The notes: generated from the letters alone by a model not told the origin. Shown: positions 20,355-33,424, counted from the first letter of the stretch. The stretch is 64,000 nt of DNA from Chamaesiphon sp. (GCA_965246715.1 CBDFFH010000037.1:32001-96000), one strand, 5' to 3'. Numbers and translations: made by a program.

Positions 20355-21047
20355 ATGCACATCGAACAAAGAGGAAAGAGCCTGATTATCCGCTGGAGAT
20401 TTGAAGGCAAGAAATACCATAAGACTCTGAACAACCATAACAACCCCGTCGGTTGGAAAAATGCTGAGATAGTGATGGCATCGATCGAGAAGGATATTAT
20501 TTTATCTGGTCACTTCGATCCCACTCCCTACACCCAGAAGGGCAAGACAACGAAGCAGAATATCGATATTACTGCGAGCGAACTGTTCGCCAAGTATGCC
20601 GCTGCTCGAATGGAGGATTTTGAGCTATCACACAGTTCAAATGTGCGGTTCAAAGGTATTTCATCTAAATTGACCCAATTCTTAGGGGACAAAATAGCGA
20701 GGAAAGTTACCCCAGATATCGCTGCCAATGTCATCGCCGCATGGTCGGAACAGGCATCTAGCCGCACTATCCGAGCGTATCTGTTTGACCTTGCAGCGGC
20801 GTGGGATTGGGCGCACAAAGAAGACTTCTATATGTTGGGTGATTATAACCCTTGGAATAAATCGTTAGACAAATTGAGGAAAAAGTTACCAACCCCAAAA
20901 AAGCCTAAACCCTTCACGATCGAGGAACTTAGAACGATCGCGCAGGGCTTTAGAAATCATCCCAAATATTCTTACTATACCGATGCTGCGATCTTCATAT
21001 CCCAGACTGTGTGTAGGTTTGGAGAGATGATAGTATCAAGGTATTGA
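20355..21047 (+). pseudogene. Tyrosine integrase (arm-binding plus core-binding domains), truncated in the catalytic domain
   Basis: RGKSLIIRWRFEGKKY arm domain, NPW, KPFTIEE and TVCRFGE, then a stop with no HxxR/Y. Confidence 0.8.
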
Positions 21048-21765
21048 TGAGTACTTATCTACACCCGATCGAGAAAAAGCGTCTATTTATCGATTTCGAG
21101 GCGGAGAATACGGTATGAATCAGCTATGTCTCATCACGAGATCTTGCTAACCTCAAAGCTATTCTCAAGGGCGATCGATTGACACCCGATCCAGATTGGT
21201 TGCCATCGGATCGAGTGGCAATAGCATTCGATCGTTACATCCCAACTACTGGCGAATTGCGGACAGCTTGGCGCGTACAACACTAGGCGAATGATAGCTA
21301 CAAGTACAACAAGATCGATCGGTTAGGCGATAAGACTTGCAGAGTTTTATCGCCAAAAATATCCAGAGAGACAATCTCAGGCACCGGAGGATTATTTGGA
21401 TCTCACGATCGATCTAGATATCGATGAGTGGAACGATCTGCAACAACTATCGCAGCGATGAGAGCGGGAATTGTCGCGATCGCGCAATTTCGATTTCGAT
21501 CGCTAACGACGAGCGAGCCAGACACAGGAATCGATCGATCGCCCTAATTTGGCAAATTTAATTGCGTTATAAGCCCTGACAAGTAAAGCCAGCCCAATAG
21601 TAAGGATCGGCGAACGGTCGATCGGCTTGACTATGGCGATCGAGTGCGTCTGTGAGTGCCAAGGTATCAGTGTAAGTTTTAGTCAGTCGCGCATCATGTC
21701 GATCGCATGTAGCGTGGTCGATTTCACCGCGATCGCGTCGGGCTTTGAGTTCCCTGCGTTCGCCT

Positions 21766-23460
21766 TTAATTGCTTTTGCATAAGCGGTTAAATGTCGATC
21801 GAGGTTGTGGCGATGGTCGAGACGAAACTATGTGCCAGGTAGTTCTCGCAGTTGCTTCTGTGCCATGGTGACTGGATAATAAGTTATTAATTTTGCTCAA
21901 GAGGTCGAGGTAATTTGCCTTGCTAGCTTGTTTGCCCCGCAGGCGAAAATCATCGAGAATTTGGTAGAGTTCGGCGATCCGATCGCTTTCATAAATCGCT
22001 CCTAGTAAGGTGCCATCGGTATCTGCTACAGTGCCGTAGCAAGGTGACTCGATCGAGGGTCGATCGGTACAGTATTTGAGGATTTGGCAGCTAGGGACGT
22101 AGCGAATGGTAAATCTGTCGCCTAAGAATGACCCACCCCACCCTTCGGGCACCCCTCCGAGGAGGGTATTTAGTGGGAGAGCTGCGAAGGAGATTTGGTG
22201 GAGAGAGAGGTGGGGGACGATGACTAATTCGGTGATGTTGGGGAGTTGGGCGATGAGTTGGGGTAATTGCAGTCGAGCGGCAATTTCAGCAAGATTGTCA
22301 TTCATCCGATCGTGCCAATCGATCGTGAGTGATTTCTCATCAATGTTGTTGGCTTGGGCAAATTCTTGTTGTTGCTCTGGGGTCATCTTGTCGAACTGTG
22401 GCTTGAGATCGCTTAATCGATAGGGGAGCGACCATTGTTGGTTCAACCATTGCTGAAATGTCTGGAATCCTTGCCCTGGAAGCGTAAAGAGCTGGGGCGA
22501 TCCTGTTTGGGTGATGATAAAGATGTGGGTATCATCATCGGTGGTGTAGAAGGTGAGGATGGCGGTAGCTGGTGTTTTAATCAAGCTTTGGATGGTGGCA
22601 AATTCGACCGGGATTACTTCTAGTTGTCCGGCGGCGATCGCATCTTGTTCGCGAATTTGCTGGAGGATGCTTTGTTGTTTTGCTTCGAGGGCGATAACAG
22701 CAGCGCGTTCGCTGGTAGTAATCGCCTTATCGATTTGTCCGAGGTTGATATATGCTTGAATGGTCTGTTCGTAGACCGAGATGGCTTCGCGGATAATGCG
22801 TTGGCGTTCATCTTCGTTAGTTGCCCAATTTCGACTGGTTTCAGCAGCTTGAATCCCCAGGGTATAAATATCAACGGCCAGTTGCCACTCACCCTGAGTG
22901 AAATAAATATTCCCCAAGCCCCAATTGGCTTTGAGCGCATTAATCGGGGAAGCTTCGGGCGTAAATATTTCTAAGGCTTGTTGGTAATAACGAATTGCCA
23001 GCTCGTTCTGACCTTCTTCTGTATAGAGAATTGCCAGATTTTCTTGAGTCTTTGCCCAATCTTCGGGATAGGCATCATGGGTATAGACGAATAGAGTCTG
23101 CTGGTAACACTCGATCGCGATTTCGAGATTTTGTGCTCGATCGCCTCTGGGAAATTGCTGTAAGTCTACAGCTAGACTGTTGATTAATGATGCTCTGCTC
23201 GACCTGGATTTACCCTTTGATTCGTTCAAAAACTGGGCTGCTAAAGCAGGAAGGCTCTTCCCAAAAGTTGGATCGAATAGATGTTGATGTGCATTCAAGA
23301 ATCGATGAACTATTCTGCCATCACCCTTACTATCACGGACTGCACCGATCGATTCTTGGAAAAATAAATTATGTTCGCTTTCATCTATTTCCGTGCTTCC
23401 AGCACCTAGTCCCCTCGCCGCGATTAGTTGTGAAACAAAGTCCTGTAACCATCGAATCAT
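21766..23460 (-). pseudogene. TPR + CHAT (caspase-like) domain protein, internally deleted and C-terminally truncated
   Basis: GDRAQNLEIAIECY TPRs and LVIVPHLSLHQISFAAL; similarity ends at SSHHG and the catalytic Cys segment is absent. Confidence 0.8.
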
Positions 23461-23644
23461 CTACCCATCCTCCGTTGTAGCGTCTTATATTTCAGTGTTC
23501 CCTCTAGATCCTGACGATTTAGAGTCAGTCGATTCTTAATAAGATTTGTCAGTACTTACTTCAAGCCATGTATCAATCGTCAGGCGATCGGTTTTTTTGG
23601 CAGAAATCGATCGAGTTAGCGGATTGACACGCGATCGGCAAAAA

Positions 23645-23669
23645 GTAGGTGGAACTGAGTTCCACCTAC
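23645..23669 (-). terminator. Hairpin followed by a T tract on the minus strand
   Basis: GTAGGTGGAAC-TGA-GTTCCACCTAC preceded on + by AAAAA, 20 nt after the stop of 23689-24624. Confidence 0.6.
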
Positions 23670-23688
23670 CTCAAAGAGTTGCTAATTG

Positions 23689-24624
23689 TTAGGATGGCGA
23701 TTCGGTGTCATCTTCAGGAGCCTGATAATCGCGGCGGCTGTATACACCAAACCGATATTCTGGCGGGCGACCTAATGGGTGCATCGGATGCCAGCCTTTA
23801 TTATTGACAAAATCGAGAATTTGCTGCACCGAGGGAGCGAGTTCTGTTGGTATCGCCTGCTTTTTATTGTTGCTATCCACCCGCCGTGCTGCCTTGCCCA
23901 ACTCACGATGAGTTCCCTGCCGCGCACCTTGTAACTGCCAGTGGCGAAACCTCGCCCAGATCCGCGTTCTCGACTCAATCACATGGTCGCCAAACACCAC
24001 CATCAAGTGAATCACCACTCCCAAAATTGCCATGATTACGATGAATAACGGCGATTGCTGAGTCTCCTCCAGTGCGGCATTCATCACGTATGCAAATGCT
24101 GCCGAAGGGAATAAAGCTAATAACAACCCAAAGAAGCAGACGAATACAAACCACAACTTAGCACCGCGATCGTCATCATGGAGATCCATCGAACCTTTTG
24201 CCGAGCGAATCCACTTATTGGCAGCAATTTCGCCGAAGAAAAACGCGATCGGGAAAATAATACTCATCACGAGAATTACTTCCTCTGGACAGTTCGGCAC
24301 TCCCAACTTAATCATGTAATCCACAATGTTGTGGAACAAGACAAAATCAATCACAAAGTTACAGACCAACTGGAAAATAAAACCAGTATCCTCAGAAGTA
24401 TGCTTCGCTTCTGGATTGAGATGTTGCTCATTTTTATCATAATGGTACCAAAATTTGGGATCGACATCTGTATATTTATCCCAAATTTTGCACATTGCAT
24501 CGGTCGCCCGGATCGGATACTTCAGATCGAGATTGAGTTGGGTTCGCGCGCTTTTATCGTCAAAATCGAATCGCCGATCGTTCGGCGATGAACCGTCATC
24601 ATTATTTCCACTTGCAGTCTTCAT
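23689..24624 (-). CDS. Hypothetical membrane protein (4 hydrophobic segments)
   Basis: 311-aa ORF with four TM-like stretches; family not recognised. Confidence 0.6.
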   Translation of the reverse strand: MKTASGNNDDGSSPNDRRFDFDDKSARTQLNLDLKYPIRATDAMCKIWDKYTDVDPKFWYHYDKNEQHLNPEAKHTSEDTGFIFQLVCNFVIDFVLFHNIVDYMIKLGVPNCPEEVILVMSIIFPIAFFFGEIAANKWIRSAKGSMDLHDDDRGAKLWFVFVCFFGLLLALFPSAAFAYVMNAALEETQQSPLFIVIMAILGVVIHLMVVFGDHVIESRTRIWARFRHWQLQGARQGTHRELGKAARRVDSNNKKQAIPTELAPSVQQILDFVNNKGWHPMHPLGRPPEYRFGVYSRRDYQAPEDDTESPS

Positions 24625-24741
24625 TTAAACCTCATCAAAAATTCGGCGTTGCTGAATTGAGGTATGATATGGCGATCGAGAGTAAGATCGAAAAAAACAA
24701 TGAACAGCGAATCAAAGCCAATCGAATGTCCTGAATGTAAG

Positions 24742-25510
24742 CTGAAGGGGTGACAAGCACCCCTGTAACGTTTTCCCACACTGGATTTTGCACAGTTAGA
24801 TGAACATTGAAGGGATGTCAAGGCGAGTTACTCTTGAAGTATAAAGAGTATGAGATAATAATAAAAATATGCTCAAAAAGTGAGAGCATAAAACAAATTA
24901 ATGTATCCCGAATTATATCAAAAGTGGTTCAAATTAACAGCGTGGCGGGTGACCCGCAACGCATTGAATCCAGCGGAGCTGGTGCTGATAGAAATCCTGA
25001 TGAGAATAGTAGGATTATTAGCTAAAGCCACATTAGGACATCTAGCAAATAATTTACCGCTACCAATTTTAGCGGCGAGTAGACTCAAAACATTACAGAG
25101 ATTCTTGAACAGTCCCAGATTGTGCAAAGAGAAGATATGGTGGGGAATTTGGATAGAATTAATGACAGGATATTGGAAGAGAAAGGAAGCAATAGTTTTA
25201 GCAATCGATAGGACAAGCTGGCGAAAGTATAATTTATTAGTAGTAAGCTGGATAATTCAGGGTAGAGCAATTCCAATTAATTGGCAGCTATTAGATAAAT
25301 TAGGGTCTAGTAATTTAGATGACCAACAATCAGTAATTTATCCAATTACCTGCTTGTTACCAGACTATTCATTTGTGCTGTTAGGCGACAGAGAATTCTG
25401 TAGTAAACACTTGGCGACTTGGCTGTTAGAGATAGGTTGGGGCTACTGCCTTCGACTTAAAAAGACTACATATGTTCAGCTAGATAATGATGAATTAATG
25501 ACACTTAAAA
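24742..25510 (+). mobile_element. IS4-family element remnant (left end plus truncated transposase from 24901)
   Basis: End-like CTGAAGGGGTGACAAG; LAIDRTSW, GRAIPINW, LLGDREFCS and YCLRLKK; low GC, abrupt 3' break. Confidence 0.8.
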
Positions 25511-25680
25511 TCAAACGGGCGGTCGGATTGGGCCTGTACCATTGAGTCAACCTCATCCTGCCATCGGTCACTTATTAACTGTGAGTCAAGCTGGTCAGCT
25601 CTGGCCGCCGCGTCGGATCGATGAATGGTTTGCGATCGTCCGACTGGAACATCTAGAACCCATTCGGTTTGATGCTGCGG

Positions 25681-26133
25681 TCAAGCAATATTGGATTTGT
25701 ACCCAACTCCATATTCGTTGTCCAAATAGTTGATTAGTTCTTCCACCTGCCAATACTCTCTACTTCTTAGCCATTCCACTATTTCTGTCGATTGTTCGTC
25801 TGGTAAATATTTTTTTGACCCTTTATATCCCAGTCTAATTCCTTCTATCCCCTTCGTTTTAAAGTTCTTTTTCCAATCACTTATCCAAAAATTACTTACT
25901 CCTAGTAATTGTGTTGTCTTTTGATAAGGCTCCTCTTGGATTGCCATCTTAACTGCTAGCCCTCTTTTTAGTTCCCTTACATCTGGATTACTCTTAATAA
26001 AGGCTGCTAGTGCCGCTATTTCTTCATCTTTTATTTTTCGCTCTAGTAGAAAATTGTGCATTGCCTATATTCCTGCGATCGACCATTAAATATAATTGTA
26101 CTATGAAGTTGCTTCTGATTTAGGATTGCTATA
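25681..26133 (-). mobile_element. IS630-family element remnant (end plus N-terminal HTH of transposase 25681-26061)
   Basis: Terminal TATAGCAATCCTA on minus; RELKRGLAVKM, GIRLGYKGSKKYL and YGVGYKS, truncated. Confidence 0.8.
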
Positions 26134-26996
26134 GTAGTCTATGGCGTTCAAAAATCAGTTCATGCAGCATCTAAAACCAAAGCAGTCGAGCTGAGCATCA
26201 GCACCATTTTTTGCTTCAATCGGTATTGACAGCATTGCTAAGCTTAATACAAGCAACACTTATTAGCAAATACTCAGGAGAGCCATAAATCATGAAATTC
26301 AATAATAAAAATAAGGTTGAATTTGACAGATAGTTGATAAAAGCTCGGCAACTTTAGCATTTGTATATCTATCGGCATGGGGATAAATCAGACAACTGCG
26401 TACCTATCGATTGTAAGCCGTATAATTAAAATTTTGAAGATCGATATCTGGTAGTCTGACTAGGATATTTTTTTGTCCTATTGTTTTTAGTGCCAGATAA
26501 TCTACCCTAGTAAAAATAGTTTTCCAGATCGATGTTTCATAAGCTTGACTTAACAAAAAGCTATATTTTAAGTGCCTACACTTAGTAGTAAATCTTGCTA
26601 CTAAGGAGACAATTTTTTGTAACTACCGATGACATGGGGGGAGAATTTGCCACCAGTGAGCGCGAGTATCAATACTAAGAGGTAGACGTTCGAGATAATT
26701 ATTAAATCTTACGGGATCGCACTCAGACACGAGCATGAGCTTGGCGATCGCATATCAACTCATCTAATTGCCAGTCAGGAAGCCTGTGAAACACATGCTG
26801 TTGATATGAGGCAAAGCTACACCACCAATTTATAACTTTAAACGGTGACGATCTGCTCTCCATCAGTCCATTGATATTATTGCTATCGAGCCAAAGATCG
26901 ATGCCATCGTTTGCTGGAAGTGAAACAATTAGATCCCGCTTGACACTGTAGATAATATCTAATAAGCGATCGCCTAAATAGCTAAACTTTGCATCC

Positions 26997-27440
26997 TTAG
27001 AAAAGATAATTTGTTCGCTCAGTAAGTTTGATTCTACTTTCGGGTCGGTTACGAATACATTCTTCTACCGATTTATTGCCAGAGGTAAATGTTCGACGAA
27101 GAATCTTGCCATCGGACGTACTCAACCATTCCAGCATCGCTCCATCAGAACCTCTGGCTAATCTTAATTGTTGAGGAAAGACTACAAAATATGCCAGCAA
27201 TGACGTAACTACCATGCCGATCGAGAATCCACCCAGACTCCAACATAAACTCAACAGTCTATTGTTAATATTCCTACCGCTACGATCGATTGCTTGTTTG
27301 GTTAAGTCGCGATAAGTTTGGCGATCTCGATTGCTGTCGCAGACGGCAAGCCGTTCGAGTTTTTCAACTAGTTGCTCCTGTCGAGGATCGCTTTTTGAAG
27401 ATTCGGTCTGGCGTTGCTGCCGTTCTTCTTCGAGTAACAC
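26997..27440 (-). pseudogene. Fragment of a cyanobacterial plasmid-type membrane-anchored hypothetical protein
   Basis: Coiled region, one TM and LEWLSTSDGK; ends look truncated. Confidence 0.4.
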
Positions 27441-27562
27441 TTGAATTGCTTGAGGTACGGCAGAAGTAACTACATGTAGATACTCGCTAATTTTCTCGAT
27501 TTGAGCGATCGTACCAGTTATATGATAGATTTCATCATACCCAGGAGACCCGTCGATATTAC

Positions 27563-28255
27563 CTAATGCTTCTGTTCGATCGATAGGATCGAGATAACTA
27601 GTAAATGGAGACTTACTGGTATCTCCACTATTTTTATTAGGGAGAGGAGGGGCTTATCGTCCCTGGTGAATAGTTTCTCGATCTCGTCCATGTAAAATAT
27701 ACAGGGAGCGCAAACACGAGCGATTTCTAGTACTTTTGCCATTGCTGTGAGTCCGCCAACCTTAATTTTGTCGATCTCTAGAGATAACATCGGGAAGCCC
27801 AAGGCGGAAGCAATCGATCGCGCAGAATATGTTTTTCCGGTTCCTGGAATACCAACTAGGAGCCAACCTTTCGGATAAGGTAGCCCAAGATCGATCGCCT
27901 GTTGACTGAATCTAAATTTCAGCTTATCGATCGCGAGAACCAATTCATCCAATCCAGCGATTTCTCTAAAAGCTGGAGGCGGATCGTATTTAACACCCAT
28001 CAGAGATAGACGGGCGTTGCGGTATGTTTCTAGATCTAGTTCCGGCTCTGGACTCTCACCTGATTGTTGCAGTGCGAGCTTGAGATCTTGATAAGCAAGC
28101 CCCGCTGCTAGCCTGAGATTGCGCTCGGTTGGCTCGAAATGGTATTCACCAAATAACTCGGTAATTTCCGCAGCCGTCGGTAGTTGCCAAGTATATTCAT
28201 AGATGAATCGAGCCAGTTCGATCGGCAATGGCGTATCGTCTGTTTGTAGCAGCAC
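27563..28255 (-). pseudogene. AAA+ ATPase fragment
   Basis: PKGWLLVGIPGTGKT Walker A and CIFYMDEIEK Walker B; truncated soon after. Confidence 0.75.
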
Positions 28256-28714
28256 TAGCCGATATCGATCCTGGCACAGGGATTAAAGATCTGCGAACTG
28301 CTCGTAGATGAGTTGTCGCTTCCACGCCACAAGTGTGGCAACGAATGTTAAGTAGTTATCGAACTGCCCGTTTGCTCATTTTTACAGCCCTGATTTAATT
28401 AAACAAAATCTATATTTTGCAATCGTTTCAGCTCTCAAAGAAAATTGCCATCTCTTGATTTCATTTGTGATTTTAAGTGCTGATGAACTATTTCGATCGC
28501 GATCGCATTTTTGGTAAGACCTGAAACACTGATTCTGTTGTCATTAATTCAAAAGGTTCGATCGAAATGAGCGAACGCACAGTGTTCAGACTACTCGCTC
28601 AGAAATATCTGCATCTGCTGGCTCGATCGCAATACGCCAGGTATTCGTTGCCGTAATGCTGCTTTAATTAGTAAAGATATTAATTGCGATCGCTATATCA
28701 AAAACAATGACCGA

Positions 28715-29347
28715 TTAGCCTAGGTTAGCAATGAGTTCGGCATCTTTTTCCTTCACCCAAATCGTTGCTGGACGAGTATTGATGCGCTCGATATAAGTCT
28801 TAATTACAGGCAGCAAGGGTACGATCTCAAACATCGTCACGTATGTAAATGCTCTACTCCACAAGACATCAAGAGCGGTAAATTTATCTCCCAGAAAGTA
28901 ATCTCCTTGGGAAAGTCGATCTGTCAAAATATTTAACATCGTATCGAAGTCACTATAAGGGGATACGAGTGGCGACAGTGGTTCGCGTTTGCTCGTTCGA
29001 TCGACTATTGCTGGCTCGAAACATGTGCCGTAATAGACCATCCATCGCAAATATGAACCCCGCAGCGGATCGCCGATCTTTGGGGCTAAATTAGCTTCAG
29101 GATAGAGTTCGGCGAGGTATAAAAAGATCGCCACCTGTTCTGTAATCAGCTCATCACCATGTTTGATTGCAGGTACTTTACCCATTGGATTAATTGCCAG
29201 ATATTCTGCCCCACGCTGCTCGTTTATTTTCACATTTAGCACATGCAATTTATAATCGGCATTAAGTTCTTTTAAGAGCATAAGTGCCCCTGTCGATCGA
29301 GAGTTGGGCAAATGAAAGAGCGTAACTTGACGATTGGAAGTCATCAT
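28715..29347 (-). CDS. Glutathione S-transferase
   Basis: INPMGKVPAI, ITEQVAI and LGDKFTALDV. Confidence 0.92.
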   Translation of the reverse strand: MMTSNRQVTLFHLPNSRSTGALMLLKELNADYKLHVLNVKINEQRGAEYLAINPMGKVPAIKHGDELITEQVAIFLYLAELYPEANLAPKIGDPLRGSYLRWMVYYGTCFEPAIVDRTSKREPLSPLVSPYSDFDTMLNILTDRLSQGDYFLGDKFTALDVLWSRAFTYVTMFEIVPLLPVIKTYIERINTRPATIWVKEKDAELIANLG

Positions 29348-29551
29348 ATTATCTGCCGATTTTTGAGTATTAGCTTCGATACTAGCAAATAAAATTTAGT
29401 AATGAAAGTTCGACCTGCCGCTCCTGATGATGGATCTCCGATCTCAGGATTCAATGGCTACTTTATCAGGGACATCCGAGAAAACCCTTGTCTTAGAAAA
29501 GATAGAAGGAATGGAGATTTGGGGCGTTTGCAAATGGCTTAACTGGACTGG

Positions 29552-32500
29552 CTATCGTCGGTTTTGCACGGGAGAATCGACTGCGCCTAAAGCCTTCAGT
29601 GTTGCCTTCTGTGCATCCGTAATGCCTGTGATGCCAGCAATATTCATGCCTTCATAAGGTCGTGGCGATCGCAGGATTTGGACGCATTCACCCGTAGCGA
29701 TATCCCAAATCCGAATGGTGGCATCAGCACTAGAACTGGCTAGCAACTGCCGATTGGGACTATCGATGCCAGATTGGGGGATGAAAGCTACCGAAAATAC
29801 CCCACTTTCATGACCTTCTAATACTTGCAGACATTGACCCGTATGGAAATCCCAAAGTCTGATGGTGCGATCGAAGCTACCACTGGCTAGCAATCGACCA
29901 TCTGGACTAAAAGCCACCGACCAAACAAAGTGGGTATGACCGAGTAAAGTTTGCAAACAGGCACCTGTAGCTACGTCCCACAGTCCCACCGCGCGCTCGA
30001 TACTCCCGCTGGCTAAAATATCGCCACTGGGATTAAACGCGATCGCACAAATCGATTGCCCCACCTGCCAAGTCCGCAGACATTCACCTGTCTGAAGATC
30101 CCAAAAGTTAATCGTCCGATCGAAACCAGCACTAACCAGAATATCTAGCTGGGAGCTAAAGACTACAGACATCACCCAGTGTAGATGCCCTGTCAAAATC
30201 TGAAGACATTCACCCGTCTGGGTACTCCAAATTCTAATCGTGCGATCGGTACTGCCACTGGCAAGCATTCGACCGTCCCCGCTGAAGGCCACCGACCAGA
30301 CTTCGTTGGTATGACCAGATAAGTTGCAGTCACATCGACCATCCTGGACGCTCCAGAGTTTAATCGTCGGATCGGCACTACCACCGCCGCCAGCTAAAGA
30401 TTTGCCATCTGGACTGACGGCGATGGCTCTAATCGCATCGGTATGACCTTTAAAGCTGGTAAATTCGCCAGTGTCGATTCGCCAGAGTCGCACGAGTCGA
30501 TCGAAGTACCCACCAGCCAGCAGTACGGGCGAATTAGCAAGATTTGGTGCGGACGCGGGCACTAGAGCGATCGAAAACAGGGTATTTGAGTAGCCCTGAA
30601 TAACTTTGAGACAATGACCAGACGCTAGATTCCAGAGTCGGATCGTCCGGTCTTCACCGCCGCTGGCAACGATCTGATTGTGGGGGTCGAAAGCCATTGC
30701 CCAGATCCACTTCTCATGACCGATTAGGGTCTTGACGCGCTCCCCAGATCGAACATCCCACACCCCGATCGTCCGATCTTTGCTGCTGCTGATGAGCATT
30801 CGACCATCGTGACTAAAGGCGATCGATCGCAATTCATCTGTGTGCCCGACAAAAGTGTGCAAACATTCCCCAGTGGCTAGATCCCAAAGTTTGACTGTAG
30901 TATCATCGCTACCGCTAGCGAGCAGGCGACCGTCGGGACTAAAAGCTACAGACCAAATCCAGCCTTGATGACCCGCAAAGGTTTGCCAGTAGGTGCCATT
31001 GCTGCCATCTTGAAGGTGCCAAAGTTGAATCGTGCAATCGGCACCACCACTAGCAATAACGCGACTGTCAGGACTGAATGCTACCGACTTGAGATCGTGG
31101 GCTGGATTAGATTGATGCTGAAGACTAGTCAAACACTCTCCGCTATTGACATCCCACAGTTTGAGAGTGCAATCGTCGCTGCCACTAGCCAAGATCTGGC
31201 CATCTGGGCTAAATGCCACTGAATAGACCCCCTGGGTATGTTCGGCGAGCGTCTTTAAGCATTCACCAGTACTGAGATCCCACAACTTAACGGTGCAGTC
31301 AAAACTGCCGCTAGCTAGCAGCGGACGAACGGGATGATACGTAACCGCTTGTACCCAGTTGGTATGACCTTTTAAGATCGACTGGAGTTGGTGAGTGTGC
31401 GTTTCCCACAACCGAATATCGCCGTTGAAATCTCCACAAGCGAGACAGTTGCCATCGGGACTAAAGGCTAGTGAGTGAATACTGCCAAAGGTTTCGGTGA
31501 AGACTGACTTTGCCACATCGGTATCGGCAAAATTAATGTCGTGTAAATCCACATTTAGCAGATAGGCTTGCCAAATGCACAAACCGGAAAAATCATAACC
31601 ACTCAAATCAATCGCTAAATGATGGCAAAGGTTAATTAAATTACCACCTGCATAACCGCAAGTGTCGGTAAATTCCGCTCGCAATTTCGCCAGTAATCGA
31701 TTGTCTTGCAGACAGGCTCCGCCAACGAGTTGGTTTTTAATCTCTAGTTTCGATCGCAATTTACCTAGTAGTCGATCGACTAATGGGGCTAAAATCATCC
31801 GCCCTTGGCTCTCGCGAATATAATCTCTAGTCTGAGCCTGCATCAGCGTATGGCTATTGAGAATCTCTACGTCTAAACTAGTAATTTCTTCACATATTCG
31901 ATCGATGAATTTGGCGGTGACATACTCCATTACCACGGGTTGGAGGGTAAAACATCCAGAACTTTTTTCAATCAGGCTTTGCCGATCTAACGATTGTAAT
32001 GCGCCCAAAACCTGCGATCGCCAGCCGCTGGGAATGAAGTCTGCTACCAATTGAGAAATCGAGACAGCTTCGCGATCGATCGCCAGCCAGTAGAGAACCT
32101 GTTGCTCGATATCGGATAATCGATCGAACTGTTGGCTCAATAAAGCCTCGATTCCATCACAGAGAATTACCCCCTGTGCTAAAAATGTACTCACACTACC
32201 GTCAAACAGATCCCGAATTGTCGTTGCCGCAATTTTAATCGCTAACGGGTTGCCAGAGTAAGATTGCTGGAAGTGCTGCCAATCGCTGGAATCGGCTGTA
32301 TAACAGCCATTGGTAGTCCCGTTGGCGTAGCCTGTCTGCAAGACAATCGCGGCTACTTCGATCGCACCCAAACCATGTAAATCCAGCGTCCCGATCGACC
32401 CAAACTCGCCCTCTAACGGCATTAAGGTAGTGGGCTTTTCCCGACTGGTTATTAATAAACAACTGGCATGATGTTCGGTAGCAATCCGGCGGAGCAGTTC

Positions 32501-33280
32501 GCTATAGCCCACGTAACCCTCCCGATAACCGCCGTGCTGCTGGCTAGTCGCCGAGTGAGCCGGATGCTGGGCGAGAATTGATTCAAAATTATCAAAAACG
32601 AGCAGACAGCGCGTAGCGCGCAGATATGCCATCAATTGGGAGATCTGAGCATCCACAGTATCCGCAGGTTCGGTCGGCTGTTGACGAGAGAGAATCGCCA
32701 TCAGTTGAAAGAGAATTTTATCTAGCGGTGGCGCATTGCGAAGCGATTGCCAGATAATTCGATCGAAAGCTTGAGTTGAGGTTGCTAGCTTTTGAGTGAG
32801 TTTAGCAGCTAGTGAGGTTTTACCCATTCCCCCCATTCCCATGATCGAGATCAGCCGACAAGGTATCCCGATCCGATTGCCCTCACAATCTACACCCAGC
32901 CATCGTTCCAACTGCTGGAGTTCGGTTTCGCGCCCTCTGAAAGTAGAAACATCGATCTTTTCTCCCCAATAACAATTTCGATCTGAGGGTAAAGCTGGGG
33001 TAGCTGCTGGCACCGCTAATTTCGGCATTCGCTCGCGGTGGCGGCGTAGTACCGCTTGCAAATTACTTTTAGTAACTGGTTCGCCACAGGCTTGGCTCAA
33101 CTGTCGCCATAGTTCGTAGCCGACATCGCGGATGTATCCAGTGTCGTAACCGACTTGCTCGGCAATGCGGGGATAAGTCCAACCCTCCCAGGTATAGCGA
33201 AATACTCGCTCTTGAAGATCGCGCAGACTTTGTGCTTGGAGCAGTGTATCGAGTAACGCTAAGGCTTCATCCGCTGTCAT
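29552..33280 (-). CDS. STAND protein: N-terminal HTH-like + NB-ARC + pentapeptide linker + ~14 WD40 repeats
   Basis: [49 protein letters not shown] and GH...WD repeats. Confidence 0.93.
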   Translation of the reverse strand: MTADEALALLDTLLQAQSLRDLQERVFRYTWEGWTYPRIAEQVGYDTGYIRDVGYELWRQLSQACGEPVTKSNLQAVLRRHRERMPKLAVPAATPALPSDRNCYWGEKIDVSTFRGRETELQQLERWLGVDCEGNRIGIPCRLISIMGMGGMGKTSLAAKLTQKLATSTQAFDRIIWQSLRNAPPLDKILFQLMAILSRQQPTEPADTVDAQISQLMAYLRATRCLLVFDNFESILAQHPAHSATSQQHGGYREGYVGYSELLRRIATEHHASCLLITSREKPTTLMPLEGEFGSIGTLDLHGLGAIEVAAIVLQTGYANGTTNGCYTADSSDWQHFQQSYSGNPLAIKIAATTIRDLFDGSVSTFLAQGVILCDGIEALLSQQFDRLSDIEQQVLYWLAIDREAVSISQLVADFIPSGWRSQVLGALQSLDRQSLIEKSSGCFTLQPVVMEYVTAKFIDRICEEITSLDVEILNSHTLMQAQTRDYIRESQGRMILAPLVDRLLGKLRSKLEIKNQLVGGACLQDNRLLAKLRAEFTDTCGYAGGNLINLCHHLAIDLSGYDFSGLCIWQAYLLNVDLHDINFADTDVAKSVFTETFGSIHSLAFSPDGNCLACGDFNGDIRLWETHTHQLQSILKGHTNWVQAVTYHPVRPLLASGSFDCTVKLWDLSTGECLKTLAEHTQGVYSVAFSPDGQILASGSDDCTLKLWDVNSGECLTSLQHQSNPAHDLKSVAFSPDSRVIASGGADCTIQLWHLQDGSNGTYWQTFAGHQGWIWSVAFSPDGRLLASGSDDTTVKLWDLATGECLHTFVGHTDELRSIAFSHDGRMLISSSKDRTIGVWDVRSGERVKTLIGHEKWIWAMAFDPHNQIVASGGEDRTIRLWNLASGHCLKVIQGYSNTLFSIALVPASAPNLANSPVLLAGGYFDRLVRLWRIDTGEFTSFKGHTDAIRAIAVSPDGKSLAGGGGSADPTIKLWSVQDGRCDCNLSGHTNEVWSVAFSGDGRMLASGSTDRTIRIWSTQTGECLQILTGHLHWVMSVVFSSQLDILVSAGFDRTINFWDLQTGECLRTWQVGQSICAIAFNPSGDILASGSIERAVGLWDVATGACLQTLLGHTHFVWSVAFSPDGRLLASGSFDRTIRLWDFHTGQCLQVLEGHESGVFSVAFIPQSGIDSPNRQLLASSSADATIRIWDIATGECVQILRSPRPYEGMNIAGITGITDAQKATLKALGAVDSPVQNRR
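31702..31725 (+). mobile_element. 24-nt micro-element, in frame (antisense to host gene)
   Basis: CGAT-TGTCTTGCAGACA GGCTCCGCC AA-CG; the paralog has an empty CGATCG at 49495-49500. Confidence 0.92.
32322..32345 (-). mobile_element. 24-nt micro-element, in frame
   Basis: CGAT-TGTCTTGCAGACA GGCTACGCC AA-CG; the paralog has an empty CGATCG at 50093-50098. Confidence 0.92.
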
Positions 33281-33346
33281 CTATAAAGACCCTGCCAGAA
33301 TCTAGCTTAATTCTAGCCCTAATCTTTTAACAATTACATGTAGAGA

Positions 33347-33424
33347 TCCGATCTTTTCCGATCGTCAACAGCAGATTTTTTCCGATCTTTTCTGGCTGTC
33401 AAATTAGCTGGGGGCAAATATTCT
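33347..33424 (+). promoter_or_regulatory. Conserved activator-type promoter, copy A
   Basis: TCCGATC at 33347, 33357 and 33381; CTGTCA (33396) N17 TATTCT (33419); recurs at 38103 and 59335. Confidence 0.75.

Noticed and set aside
25510..25680. Independent gene between the IS4 and IS630 remnants
   Set aside because: It looks like an internal fragment of an unidentified gene with no start or family motif I can support.
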